Counted from the stretch's first letter, positions 9,391-19,357 are shown. The stretch is DNA of 64,000 nucleotides from Candidatus Bathyarchaeia archaeon (GCA_049521795.1 JBEKOM010000001.1:576001-640000); one strand, 5' to 3'. Made by a program: numbers and translations. The notes: a model not told the origin generated them from the letters alone.

Positions 9391-10047
9391 TTGAAAGGCA
9401 TTATAGTGGTAATTGTCGTATACTTGCTTGTCGTGATTTGTCTCTGTAGCCCAATAGCGAATGCTGATTCGACAACGATTCTTGAGCGAAAACAAAACTT
9501 CATCGTTTACCGCGACACCTTGACTGATGGAACGGGATTGATTGGTTCGGACTTCGGCTATGTTATGCATTCTGGTGAAACTCTTTTTGTTTCATGGAAA
9601 ACAACTGAAACTATCTTCCCTGACCCAATCGTATGGCTATTAACGCAACAACAAAAAGACCATTGGAACTTTGCTGCTGGCGGTGCAATACTCTCTCCTT
9701 ATGGGTATCTTTTGAAAAAAAGTGGACATCAGGCGAGTTTCACTTTTACAGCTCAACAAGATGCAACCTATTATGTCGTTATTCATAACATTGCTTGGGG
9801 AGCATTAGATATTAGTGGACCAACATTAAACGTGGAAGCCTACGAGGCTGATCTGACCATCCCAAGTGCTCCATCTAATCCAACTCAGCCAACGAACCCA
9901 TCAGTCGGTGGAACTTGGAGTCCGATAACGAATCTTGATCTGTTTAATCATTGGGAAAGCTTGGTCTTTCTGATGATAGCATTGATAACATTGGTCGTAT
10001 GTGTTCAGAAATCTCATAATTTTTTAAACGCTAGCCATCATAGATAA
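9391..10047 (+). CDS. Secreted, C-terminally anchored protein (transposon cargo)
   Basis: TTG 9391 after purine-rich RBS; signal peptide ending ANA-D, beta-rich domain, P/T linker, SVGG motif and C-terminal TM. Confidence 0.75.
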   Translation: MKGIIVVIVVYLLVVICLCSPIANADSTTILERKQNFIVYRDTLTDGTGLIGSDFGYVMHSGETLFVSWKTTETIFPDPIVWLLTQQQKDHWNFAAGGAILSPYGYLLKKSGHQASFTFTAQQDATYYVVIHNIAWGALDISGPTLNVEAYEADLTIPSAPSNPTQPTNPSVGGTWSPITNLDLFNHWESLVFLMIALITLVVCVQKSHNFLNASHHR

Positions 10048-10184
10048 GTTTACAGTATCTAGAAAAAGAACCATAAGTCAAGGCATGGCAATCGTAGAAA
10101 TAAAAACAAAAATAGAATATCTAGAAAAGGGCTTTAACGAACTCAAAACAAATGCCACTTGGAAGAAAAGCTAGCATCTCCCTT

Positions 10185-11297
10185 CTATTTTTTGCTTGCG
10201 TTTTGAATCAATGTCAACCACTTGTTTTTTCCTTCTACCGTGATACCGCAAGCTTCCGCTGGTGTTCTTCCTTCTAATGCTTCGTGTGGTCTGATGTAGT
10301 TGTGGAAAATCTGATAACCTGAGAGAATCGGCGTTTCTTTGGTTTTGAGTCCTCGCATGGTTTTTTCTCTGTCTCTGATTTCTCCGTTGAACCTTTCCAT
10401 CTTGTTGTTATTTCTATCTCCTCTAAAGGCGATGTGTCTAACGTGTTGGGTTCGTGGGCCCTTCCTTGTCCAGAAGGCTTTTTTGTAAGCATCATGATAA
10501 ATTAGCAAACCATCGGTTATCAATGTGGCAGGTTTCTTTCCCATTAATTGTTCTCCTAGTTCGAAGAGTTTTCTTGCGTCATGCTTGTACTTTGTCTCTG
10601 CAACTTCCTGAGCAATCCAGAAACGAGTCTCATCGTCCAACAAAGCGAAAACATACTTCATGTTGCCTTTGACTTTAACGTATAATTCGTCGGCTCTCCA
10701 TGTGTCGCTTACGTTAGGCTTGAAATTCTCAACATAATCCTTCATCAATTTAACGTACTTCTTGATCCACATGAAAACGGTTTTATGAGTAACTTCCACG
10801 CCTAACAATTTTAGCGATTTCTGAGTATTCCTTAAAGACTCTCCGCTGAAATATAGTTGCATGGCAGAGGTGATAGCTTGAGGATTATGCTTCATTCTTT
10901 CAAAGCCAATGTTAATGGTAAAGTAGTGGTGACAATCTCGGCAATGGAACTTCTGAATAGCTCCTGTCTTATTCCTTCTAATTCCATCTTTCTTGAGGTT
11001 GCTTGAACCGCAATATTGGCAATCCTGAACATTTACCTCTTGAATAACTCGGCTAGTTTGGACTTCTTTTCTGATTTGGCTTGAAAATTCAACTGCAAAA
11101 ATATGTTTGCACTTTTCATGGCGATAAACATGATCTGCACATTCACAGTACCATTCTCCAGAGACTTTGAAAACCTTGTATTCTCCGTTGTTTGACTGTG
11201 ATTTTACAACGTATGTCTCTGCATCGATTCTATTGATCTGGTTTGGCATTTTTGCGATGTCTAAGCCTTTTTGTTCACGTTGGTTCAATGTTGCCAT
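10185..11297 (-). CDS. IS6-like DDE transposase with N-terminal SWIM finger and zinc ribbon
   Basis: CEC...CKH SWIM, CQYC...CRDC ribbon, HTH (SLRNTQ...VTHKTVFMWI), catalytic WRADE / ITDG / MERFN, HNYIRPH. Confidence 0.9.
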   Translation of the reverse strand: MATLNQREQKGLDIAKMPNQINRIDAETYVVKSQSNNGEYKVFKVSGEWYCECADHVYRHEKCKHIFAVEFSSQIRKEVQTSRVIQEVNVQDCQYCGSSNLKKDGIRRNKTGAIQKFHCRDCHHYFTINIGFERMKHNPQAITSAMQLYFSGESLRNTQKSLKLLGVEVTHKTVFMWIKKYVKLMKDYVENFKPNVSDTWRADELYVKVKGNMKYVFALLDDETRFWIAQEVAETKYKHDARKLFELGEQLMGKKPATLITDGLLIYHDAYKKAFWTRKGPRTQHVRHIAFRGDRNNNKMERFNGEIRDREKTMRGLKTKETPILSGYQIFHNYIRPHEALEGRTPAEACGITVEGKNKWLTLIQNASKK

Positions 11298-11420
11298 GTT
11301 ACTACACCACTATCTAGTAGTATAGTATTAAACAGCTATTTAAGGCTTACTACGAACGCACTACCACAACATAATAAGCTAAAACTATTTATACGACCTA
11401 GTAGTATTAACTATCGGTGA
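11298..11420. promoter_or_regulatory. Divergent promoter region with repeated GTAGT/ACTAC operator-like boxes
   Basis: CTAGTAGTAT at 11314-11323 and 11398-11407, TTACTAC at 11299 and 11347; TATA-like boxes on both strands. Confidence 0.55.
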
Positions 11421-11591
11421 TTGAAAACGCCAACAAATGAAAAAGAACAAATCGTAACCTCTCTGAAGGTTAGCCCTCAGTTATGGAAGCAAGCCAAAAT
11501 AGCAGCTCTTGAATGCGACATAACTCTGGGCGAACTCATAGACCAAGCTGTGCGAGATTGGATACAGAAACAGGAGAAAGGCAAAAAATGA
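11421..11591 (+). CDS. Ribbon-helix-helix DNA-binding protein, 56 aa
   Basis: Not in ORF track; TTG after GGTGA gives MKTPTNEKEQIVTSLKVSPQLWKQAKIAALECDITLGELIDQAVRDWIQKQEKGKK; stop overlaps the next ATG (ATGA). Confidence 0.8.
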   Translation: MKTPTNEKEQIVTSLKVSPQLWKQAKIAALECDITLGELIDQAVRDWIQKQEKGKK

Positions 11592-12082
11592 ATGAAGCAA
11601 CAGAAAAATACCTTCAAAACGTACTTGACAAGGGCAAGCAAAAAATAAACAAACAATTTATTCCGAGAATAAACCGCAATTACCATCAACAAACATTGGC
11701 TACGTTTAGAATGGACAGAGCATTAAAACACGATTTGGCATCTGCAAAGGCATTTCACGCTTCAAAAGGATTCATGTTCTACCAGTTTGCTGATATTTAC
11801 ACGATACTCGGTAACCTAGTTCAAAATCTGATGGAGAATGCAATACAGAATATTGCGGATTTGGATCAATTAAAGGAGAGCATTAAAGAAATCCGCGATA
11901 CGCTTGGAATGGATGTGTCAAAGGTGAAGGCTGACATCGAAGGCATTAAAGCAACCGTTAACTCAAAAGAAATTGCTATACTTGCCAAATTTGCGGAAGA
12001 CTTTAACAAACAGGTAGAAGAAACAAAGAGGAAGCTAGAAGAATACGCCAAGAAAATGAGGGAAAACGACCTTGCCTCATGA
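11588..12082 (+). CDS. Coiled-coil hypothetical protein (transposon cargo)
   Basis: ATG coupled to the RHH stop; heptad-rich C-terminal half. Confidence 0.7.
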   Translation: MNEATEKYLQNVLDKGKQKINKQFIPRINRNYHQQTLATFRMDRALKHDLASAKAFHASKGFMFYQFADIYTILGNLVQNLMENAIQNIADLDQLKESIKEIRDTLGMDVSKVKADIEGIKATVNSKEIAILAKFAEDFNKQVEETKRKLEEYAKKMRENDLAS

Positions 12083-12410
12083 TACCGTCACAGAAATCAT
12101 CGATACTCTTACAGAATTAAAACGTATGCATCAGCTTAACTTAGAGCTTCTTGAACAGTTAAGCGTATCCTGTAGTTGGCTTATGGAACATAATGTTCCA
12201 ATACCGAATGCAGAGACCATTTGCTCTTTGCTCAAGAAGGCAACGATACTGTTGAGCGAAATCCAAGCTGACCAGCCAAAGATTCTTCAATATAAAAAGC
12301 TAGCAGACGAAAAGAAACAGCCTTTCAAAACAGACGACAAGGAAACAGAACCCGCAGCTGGAGGCGCAACTGCGCGCTTGAGAGAAAGCGGTTTGACCTT
12401 TAATTCTTGA
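12072..12410 (+). CDS. Helical hypothetical protein reading through the right TIR into host DNA
   Basis: Overlaps the upstream stop; residues ADEKKQPFKTDDKETEP are encoded by the TIR; stop lies 58 nt outside the element. Confidence 0.65.
   Translation: MPHDTVTEIIDTLTELKRMHQLNLELLEQLSVSCSWLMEHNVPIPNAETICSLLKKATILLSEIQADQPKILQYKKLADEKKQPFKTDDKETEPAAGGATARLRESGLTFNS
12304..12352 (-). repeat. Right terminal inverted repeat (49 bp, bipartite)
   Basis: Reverse complement GGTTCTGTTTCCTTGTCGTCTGTTTT...TGTTTCTTTTCGTCTG; followed by TSD CGCAGCTG. Confidence 0.9.
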
Positions 12411-12669
12411 TTCGCTGTTAGTGCGCGCTTTGAAGTCCATTTTCTTGGAAAAAACTCGCAAAACAGTTACGCCACATGTGGACAACCTGACAATGTTAAC
12501 GTGAGTGCGCGGCATGTCCTTTGTGAAGTGCAATGAATGTGCGAATAAGCTGTCAAGTTCGTTGCTCGATTGCTGCAGGTCAGATGCTTATCCGACAAAG
12601 CTTTAAGGCTTATATCCTATGATTCGGATTATTTTCAAAGAAGTGTTTGTGGGGGAATAATGGAAAGCT

Positions 12670-15378
12670 ATGTTGAAACGTTTTGCAGCGTTTTTCATGG
12701 TATTGATAGTTGTCGCAAGCGTTAGCAATGTTGCCTTCAGAGTCTCTGCTGTTCAGAGTTCAAGCTTGCCTCAATCCACGGGGCATAATGGCCTTGTCTC
12801 AGTTAATGGTGATCCAAATCAGTTGGTTATAGGCGTAAATCAGACAACTCCATGGGCCTATGACGAATTGACAAGCCTTGTTCTGAGAACAGGAGGAAAA
12901 AGCGTGAGCAACGTTTCAGTTGAAGGGCAGGCTATCGCGATTGTTGTTGACGTGCCTTCAGACAATTTGTCAATTCTTTCGAATGAGGTCCAAAGGACAG
13001 GGCTGGCCAGATACGTGGAACCCAACATGCTGTTCGAGGTACAGTTCGTTCCGAACGACCCGCTCTACGGCAATCAGTGGGCTCTGCCCAAGATTCAGGC
13101 TGACTGGGCATGGAACACGACCACAGGAAACTCGTCCGTGCTTGTGGCCATCATAGATACTGGGATTGATTATAACCATCCTGACCTGAAGAACAACTAC
13201 GTTGCCCTTGGCAAAAACTGGGTCAACAATAGCAGTGATCCGATCGACGATAATGGACATGGAACACATGTTGCTGGAATAATTGGAGCGGTCTTGAACA
13301 ATGGGGTGGGCATTGCAGGGATTGCTCAGGTCAGCATCATGGCTGAGAAAGCCTTGAACGCCACTGGCTGGGGTCTTGAAACCGACTTGGCGAATGCCAT
13401 AATCGACGCAGTGCAAAAAGGTGCGCGCATTCTGAGCAACAGCTGGGGCGGTGGTTCTGACAGTTCGCTCATTCACGATGCTGTTCGCTACGCGTACCAG
13501 CATGGGGTCCTAGTGCTTGCTGCGGCAGGAAACTCGAATTCTGATGCGAGGTTTTACCCCGCGGCCTACGACGAAGTTGTCGCGGTTGCCGCCACAAACG
13601 CGTTCGACACAAAGGCGGCGTTCTCAAACTGGGGAAGCTGGATTGCGGTTTCAGCACCTGGCGTCAACATTTTTTCAACGATGCCCACATACCATGTGAC
13701 ACTGAACGATTATCCCTACTCTGAGTCTATGAACTATGATTATCTGAGTGGCACATCAATGGCTTGTCCGCAGGCCGCAGGTGTGGCTGCTCTCATCTGG
13801 AGCAGTTTTCCCAACGCGACGAGAGACTGGGTAAGAGGTCAATTGAGCTTCACCTCTGACGATTTGGGAGACCCTGGTTTCGACGTGATCTATGGCGCTG
13901 GAAGAGTCAACGCAAGGAAAGCCGTTGAACAGCAACCGTTACAGCACGATCTGTTCCTGTACAGATATGATATGCCAACTTTTGTTCAACCTGGAGACAT
14001 GGTTCCGATCAGCCTGACTGTTCTTAATTTTGGATCAAGCAGCGAAAGCAACGTTAACGTAAGCATTCTTGTCGATGGGACCGTTGTTGATTCAACGATC
14101 CTTCAACCTTTGGCAAGTGACTCGTTCGCCACGCCGGTTGTGCTCTTTTGGAATCCTCTTGAAAATGGGACCCACAATGTGACCATGTACGTTCAGCCCG
14201 TCACTGGTGAAACCATTGTCAGCGACAACGTAATATCAGTCCAGGTCAACGTGCAATTCTTGGTTAGCTTAAGTCCGTCACGAGGCCCCGTCGGAACAGG
14301 CGTAACAGTCACGGGTGTCCAGTTTACTCCCAGCAGCGTAGTGGAAATCACGTTTAACGACATGTTTCTGGGCTATGCGGCCACAGATTCTGTTGGCGAT
14401 TTCACGTTCACGTTCAACGTGCCATTTTCGACGGCTGAAACATGGATCGTTAAGGCTTTTGACGCTAACGTCTTTGGTGAAACCAACTTCACCGTCGTCG
14501 ATGTCACTCCGCTGAACGTTCAAGTAGATGTTGGCGCGCTTCAATTCAGAGGCGAAGTTGTCACGTTTCTGATATACGCAGCTTTCAACGGGTCCGCAGC
14601 CAACGCCACGGTTTCAAGCGCCTTGCTTTACAAGCCTGACGGTTCCAACCAAACATTGACGGTTCAACCCGTTGCAGAAGGGCTTTCTCAGGCGTCTTAC
14701 ACGTTGCCCGCCGATGCTCAGACAGGCTCCTACGCGTTGGTCATCACTGCGGGCTACTCATCAAGCCTGGTGCAATCTTTGGGAACGGCGTTCAAATCAT
14801 TCTTGGTGAGCCCAACCCTCTCAGGGTGGAACGCCGTGCTCACCACCGTCAACCAAACTGTTGGAACGATACGGACAGATCTGGGCTTAGTGAACGTGCG
14901 CCTTGACGCGCTTGACCTGACTCTAGCGCGCATTGAGGGAGACGTTGTGACGTTAAACTCCTCTTTGGGAACGATTCAGTCTGACTTGGAGACGATAGGA
15001 TTCAAAGTCACAGCGATAAACGGGACGATAGCAACCATGGAAACTGTTCTGGGCACAGTTAACGGGACAGTGACTTCAATCAGGGATGAGAAGGCAACCA
15101 TCATAATTCAAGGAATCGGACAGGTGGAGAGTGACGTTTCCAGTTTGAAGGTTGAGCAAGGAAACTGGACGATACCGCAGTACGCCATCCTAGCCTCAAC
15201 GCTGGTCGCAGCGGCATGCGCGTTGCTGGCGATTGCGATGTTCAGGCGCAGGAGAGCAGCTGCACCCATACACGAAGAACCCAAAAGCGAAGAACCCAAA
15301 AGTCCCGAGGGCCAGCCCGAAAGTTCTGGACAGGATTTGACGACGGGGCAAGAGAGCGGGCAAGAGGGCGTCACCTGA
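12670..15378 (+). CDS. Membrane-anchored S8 subtilisin-like serine protease with CARDB/Ig-like domains and stalk repeats
   Basis: Signal peptide; triad IIDTG, HGTHVAG, GTSMACP; C-terminal TM followed by RRRR. Confidence 0.93.
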   Translation: MLKRFAAFFMVLIVVASVSNVAFRVSAVQSSSLPQSTGHNGLVSVNGDPNQLVIGVNQTTPWAYDELTSLVLRTGGKSVSNVSVEGQAIAIVVDVPSDNLSILSNEVQRTGLARYVEPNMLFEVQFVPNDPLYGNQWALPKIQADWAWNTTTGNSSVLVAIIDTGIDYNHPDLKNNYVALGKNWVNNSSDPIDDNGHGTHVAGIIGAVLNNGVGIAGIAQVSIMAEKALNATGWGLETDLANAIIDAVQKGARILSNSWGGGSDSSLIHDAVRYAYQHGVLVLAAAGNSNSDARFYPAAYDEVVAVAATNAFDTKAAFSNWGSWIAVSAPGVNIFSTMPTYHVTLNDYPYSESMNYDYLSGTSMACPQAAGVAALIWSSFPNATRDWVRGQLSFTSDDLGDPGFDVIYGAGRVNARKAVEQQPLQHDLFLYRYDMPTFVQPGDMVPISLTVLNFGSSSESNVNVSILVDGTVVDSTILQPLASDSFATPVVLFWNPLENGTHNVTMYVQPVTGETIVSDNVISVQVNVQFLVSLSPSRGPVGTGVTVTGVQFTPSSVVEITFNDMFLGYAATDSVGDFTFTFNVPFSTAETWIVKAFDANVFGETNFTVVDVTPLNVQVDVGALQFRGEVVTFLIYAAFNGSAANATVSSALLYKPDGSNQTLTVQPVAEGLSQASYTLPADAQTGSYALVITAGYSSSLVQSLGTAFKSFLVSPTLSGWNAVLTTVNQTVGTIRTDLGLVNVRLDALDLTLARIEGDVVTLNSSLGTIQSDLETIGFKVTAINGTIATMETVLGTVNGTVTSIRDEKATIIIQGIGQVESDVSSLKVEQGNWTIPQYAILASTLVAAACALLAIAMFRRRRAAAPIHEEPKSEEPKSPEGQPESSGQDLTTGQESGQEGVT

Positions 15379-15399
15379 TAACACTTTCTCGTACGACTC

Positions 15400-16050
15400 T
15401 TATCCAAATAGATGGCTATGCCCGTTCGCATTCGAGCGTGTCAGAAACGACAGGCCAAGGTTGGCAAGTTGTTGAGCCGCAAGTGACAGAAAGATTCCCC
15501 CAACAACATCTGTCAAATAGTGTGCCCCGAGAACGATTCTGCTCAAAGAAACTAAGAATATAGCCACCGTTGCCAGTGATTGTCTGATTCCGCTTCCTCT
15601 CGACAGAATTATGAATGCGCCGACGGCTCTGGAAACGTGGCCAGAAGGGTATGAAAACGAAGACATGAGGTCCTCATCATACACGCTGATGCCGGAACAG
15701 TTCGGTCTCGGACGGGCAAAAACCATCTTTATCAAATAGGTGAGCGCGGTCGTAATGATTAGGAAGATCGCAAGTTCACTTGCGGAAGCAAGATACTTTC
15801 TTGACTTGAAGTATGCGTAAAAGAAGTAGATAGAAGCAAGAATGACCCAAACGTAAAAGTCACCTAAGTATGTTAAAACTTGGAAGACTTGTAATCCTAT
15901 GGTCTTTTGAACAAAATTCTGCACGTTAAAGACGATGTTGCATTCCGTTCCATTGAGTGGCAATAAGACAACTAATATGCCTATTAGAAATACCAAGACC
16001 AAGTAGACTGATGTTAAGAAATAAGGATTTCTTAAACGGGTTCGGTTCAA
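15400..16050 (-). CDS. PAP2 family membrane phosphatase
   Basis: KxxxxRxRP, SYPSGH, SRIVLGAHY motifs. Confidence 0.9.
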   Translation of the reverse strand: MNRTRLRNPYFLTSVYLVLVFLIGILVVLLPLNGTECNIVFNVQNFVQKTIGLQVFQVLTYLGDFYVWVILASIYFFYAYFKSRKYLASASELAIFLIITTALTYLIKMVFARPRPNCSGISVYDEDLMSSFSYPSGHVSRAVGAFIILSRGSGIRQSLATVAIFLVSLSRIVLGAHYLTDVVGGIFLSLAAQQLANLGLSFLTRSNANGHSHLFG

Positions 16051-16142
16051 TTAGATGGCTCATGGCAGAATAGCGGAGTTGAGCCTTAAACGTTTTCACT
16101 TATCTAGTGAGGTATCGCCTTGTTTGAAAAACCATGTGAAGA

Positions 16143-16910
16143 CTACTTTCTTCTGCCGAAAGCCCATGTTCCGATCGCTATCATGGCAAGATCGAAGCAG
16201 GTCACCACGAGGAGTTCCACGTAGAGGGGGTAGAGGGGCTGCCACGACCCGCCGAGGATCACTGTTCTCAAAGCGTCAACGGCATAAGTGAACGGGTTGC
16301 AGCTTGCGGCTATCTGCAACCAGCTTGGAACACCCGTGCCCCGAACAAGGAATATTGCCCCGCTCAGGAAGAACATTGGCATGTTAATGAAGTTCACGAT
16401 CAACCCGAAGCTTTCTAGGCTTTCCATGAAACTGGCCACTGTAAGCCCGATGCTTACCAGTCCAAACGTTACTAGAATCATGACTGGCAACGCCTCCGCA
16501 AGAATCAAAGGATTAGTAGTTATCCCCAAAAGTGCGCCCAGCACGAAGACGAGCACTCCCTGGATCATGGCATCAGTGCTGGCACCCAACAGCTTACCTG
16601 TAAAAACGGAGAAACGCGAGATCGGTGCCACCATTATTTCTTTTAGAAAACCGAATTCTCTGTCCCATATCACTGAGATGCCTATAAACATCGAAGTGAA
16701 GAGAAGTGTTTGTCCAACGATTCCAGGTAAGATGTACTGTTGATAGGTTAGCCCTGGTATCGGAATCCGGACCAAAGCGCCGAGGGCGCTTCCAAATATC
16801 ACAAGCCACAGTAGCGGCTGAACGAAGCTACTCACGATTCTTGCCTTGTCCCTGACGTAGCGCTTGATCTCGCGTAGCCAAAGGGTGTAAATCCCCCTGA
16901 TCTCGGTCAT
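16143..16910 (-). CDS. ABC-2 type transporter permease (DrrB-like)
   Basis: Six TM segments, DREFGFLKE, PMFFLSGAIF, NPFTYAVDALR. Confidence 0.9.
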   Translation of the reverse strand: MTEIRGIYTLWLREIKRYVRDKARIVSSFVQPLLWLVIFGSALGALVRIPIPGLTYQQYILPGIVGQTLLFTSMFIGISVIWDREFGFLKEIMVAPISRFSVFTGKLLGASTDAMIQGVLVFVLGALLGITTNPLILAEALPVMILVTFGLVSIGLTVASFMESLESFGLIVNFINMPMFFLSGAIFLVRGTGVPSWLQIAASCNPFTYAVDALRTVILGGSWQPLYPLYVELLVVTCFDLAMIAIGTWAFGRRK

Positions 16911-17905
16911 TTGATACGTCTCCTTTGGACAGCCGCCATACCATGCAGCTCCTCACCGCCTTCAACACGAATCGCTCGACCAGTATAGTGTAAGAAGACG
17001 TCTCCGAGGTTCGGTTCTCGCAACGAGACCGATTCAACGAAAATGCCGCTTTTCGCCGCTGCTTCCACTATTCTGGGCAAGAGAGCCTTTCCACCATGAA
17101 CCGTGAGTTCAAGTCTCTCGCCTACTACGTTGGTCTTCAGAATGCCTGCAGTTCCAGCAACAGCAGAAGAGAGCTTCGACGCCTCCTTGGTGTTCACCGT
17201 TATGACGTCACCCTCAAGCGTTTCCTTCAGCGCGGTAGGAGTGCCTGAAGCCACAATCTTGCCGAAATCCATAATCGCTATGCGGTCAGAAAGCCTGTCA
17301 GCCTCATCCATGTAATGTGTCGTTAGAACCATGGTAACGTCATGAGACTTTCTCAACCCCTCAATATGCGACCAAATGTGCTCCCGCGTCTGAGGATCAA
17401 GTCCAATCGTAGGCTCATCCAGAAACAAAACCTTGGGAGAATGAATCAACCCCCTCGCAATCTCCAACCGCCGCCGCATCCCGCCCGAATAAGTCCGCAT
17501 TAGATCGTCAGCTCTGTCCTCAAGCTCAACGAGCTTCAAAACGCCGTCAATACGCGACCTCTGCTCGCCCGGCGGCACACCGTACAGATTGGCATGCATG
17601 TAGAGGTTTTCACGTCCCGTCAACCTGTCATCAATACTTGGATCTTGAAAAACAATGCCAATCGACTTCCGCACCTGCATGTCCTGCTTAACAATGTCAA
17701 AACCATTGACCCTCGCGGTTCCAGAAGTAGGCTTCAAAATGGCACAAAGCATCGAAATCGTCGTCGTCTTGCCGGCGCCGTTAGGCCCCAGCAACCCAAA
17801 GACCTCCCCACGCTCAACCGAAATGTTCAGCTTGTCAACTGCCACAAGGCCGTTAAAGCGCCTCGTCAGCTCGGTCGTCTCTATAGCATTCTCCAACCGC
17901 TTCAC
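16907..17905 (-). CDS. ABC transporter ATP-binding protein (DrrA-like)
   Basis: GPNGAGKTT, YSGGM, LFLDEPT, TTHY. Confidence 0.93.
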   Translation of the reverse strand: MKRLENAIETTELTRRFNGLVAVDKLNISVERGEVFGLLGPNGAGKTTTISMLCAILKPTSGTARVNGFDIVKQDMQVRKSIGIVFQDPSIDDRLTGRENLYMHANLYGVPPGEQRSRIDGVLKLVELEDRADDLMRTYSGGMRRRLEIARGLIHSPKVLFLDEPTIGLDPQTREHIWSHIEGLRKSHDVTMVLTTHYMDEADRLSDRIAIMDFGKIVASGTPTALKETLEGDVITVNTKEASKLSSAVAGTAGILKTNVVGERLELTVHGGKALLPRIVEAAAKSGIFVESVSLREPNLGDVFLHYTGRAIRVEGGEELHGMAAVQRRRIK

Positions 17906-18100
17906 TTTCGATTTTTACGACGCTCTTAGCCAAAGAAAAGGCTAAGGCCACAATAAAAGTTTACGTAAAGACATTTTGCATTGAGACTCTTCGCGGGAGG
18001 AAAAAGGAGGGCTCTCTGCGATGATTCTGGCGTCTGTGGCAACCAAGGGCCGCTTGAGCAAAAACATACAAGTCTCAACTGTCTGACTAGTACTCTTGTC

Positions 18101-19162
18101 ATGAAGCGGATAAGAATTTTGGGTGCTGGTCTTTCTGGTCTTGTAGCCGGAATAAACCTTGCAAGAAATGGGTACGAGGTGGACGTTTACGAGAGAAATG
18201 AAGATGTAGGTATGAGGTTTAACGGCGACGTGCAAGGTTTAGAGAACTGGTCTGAAAAGAAAGATTTACTAGAAGAACTGAGAGAAATGAACATTGAAAC
18301 AAGTTTTGACTGTGACCCTTTTTCAAAAATGACCCTGACCAATTGCTCAAAAACCAAGACAATCAATTCCCTAAGACCGCTGTTCTACTTGGTCAAAAGG
18401 GGTTCCTTTTGCGGAACAATCGACTATGGTCTGAAAGCGCAAGCGTTGAAACTAGGCACAAACCTGCATTTTCGACAGACACTTTCCCAGGAAGAAGCTG
18501 ATATTGTGGCGACAGGTCCTGCACATTGGAAAGTCCGCGGGATCGTTAAAGGGATTGTTTTCAACACCGATGTTGCTGATACAGCAATCGTGGTGTTTAA
18601 CAACAATCTAGCTTTCAAAGGATACTCCTACCTCGTAGTCACCAAAAAATATGGGTGCATGTGCACAGTAGTACTCGATGAAATCTGGCGAGCCAATGAG
18701 TGTTTTGAGAAGACAAGAGAATATTTCGCGAGAAAACTCGACCTAAAGATGAGGTCAATCAAAGAGGTTGCGGGGTTTGGAAATTTCTCATTGAAATGTG
18801 CCAGGGAAAGAACTCCCCTACACGTCGGAGAAGCTGCCGGGCTGCAGGACTTTCTTGGGGGATTCGGAATGAGGTTTGCTATCACGTCGGGTTATCTTGC
18901 AGCTCAGAGTCTTATTGAAAACAGAGACTATGGAAGCATTGCGAAAGGACGTTTTCAAAACAAGTTGAAAGCAGGTGTTGTCAACAGATATTTGTGGGAA
19001 AACGTCCTGTCCAAGGGAAATTATGCGTTTCTAATCAACATTTCAGAATTTGTAAAGGTCAATCTCCGCTCGATGTACAATTACAGTTTGTTGCAGAGAA
19101 TGATTTACCCACTCGCTTTTGCCAAATTGCAGAAAACGTACCCTCAACTTGAATGCTTCTGA
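18101..19162 (+). CDS. FAD-dependent oxidoreductase (geranylgeranyl reductase-like)
   Basis: GAGLSGL...VYE Rossmann start at ATG 18101; VGEAAG...GFGMRFAITSGYLAA. Confidence 0.8.
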   Translation: MKRIRILGAGLSGLVAGINLARNGYEVDVYERNEDVGMRFNGDVQGLENWSEKKDLLEELREMNIETSFDCDPFSKMTLTNCSKTKTINSLRPLFYLVKRGSFCGTIDYGLKAQALKLGTNLHFRQTLSQEEADIVATGPAHWKVRGIVKGIVFNTDVADTAIVVFNNNLAFKGYSYLVVTKKYGCMCTVVLDEIWRANECFEKTREYFARKLDLKMRSIKEVAGFGNFSLKCARERTPLHVGEAAGLQDFLGGFGMRFAITSGYLAAQSLIENRDYGSIAKGRFQNKLKAGVVNRYLWENVLSKGNYAFLINISEFVKVNLRSMYNYSLLQRMIYPLAFAKLQKTYPQLECF

Positions 19163-19357
19163 CATAAGCTGGCATCGATAATAATGTAGAGACGACGAAA
19201 AATGGTTTCTTAAGGACCCGGCGCATTTCGGAAATGCTTGAAGATCTCGGTTCCGCTGTAACCGCCTCCCTAGTTGGTTGTGAGAATTGGATTGGACCGA
19301 AGCATTAACTCTAAGAGTTCGGCGAATGATACAGTGGGTAGCTATGTGGTGAAAGGG

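Larger units (their letters stand above)
8502..12352. mobile_element. IS6-like unit transposon with cargo, 3851 bp
   Basis: Inverted ends beginning GGTTCTG at 8502 and 12352; 8-bp direct repeat CGCAGCTG at 8494-8501 and 12353-12360; DDE transposase inside; visibly AT-richer than flanks. Confidence 0.9.

Noticed and set aside
10085-10174. 29-codon ORF MAIVEIKTKIEYLEKGF... inside the transposon
   Set aside because: Too short to support; may be a remnant.
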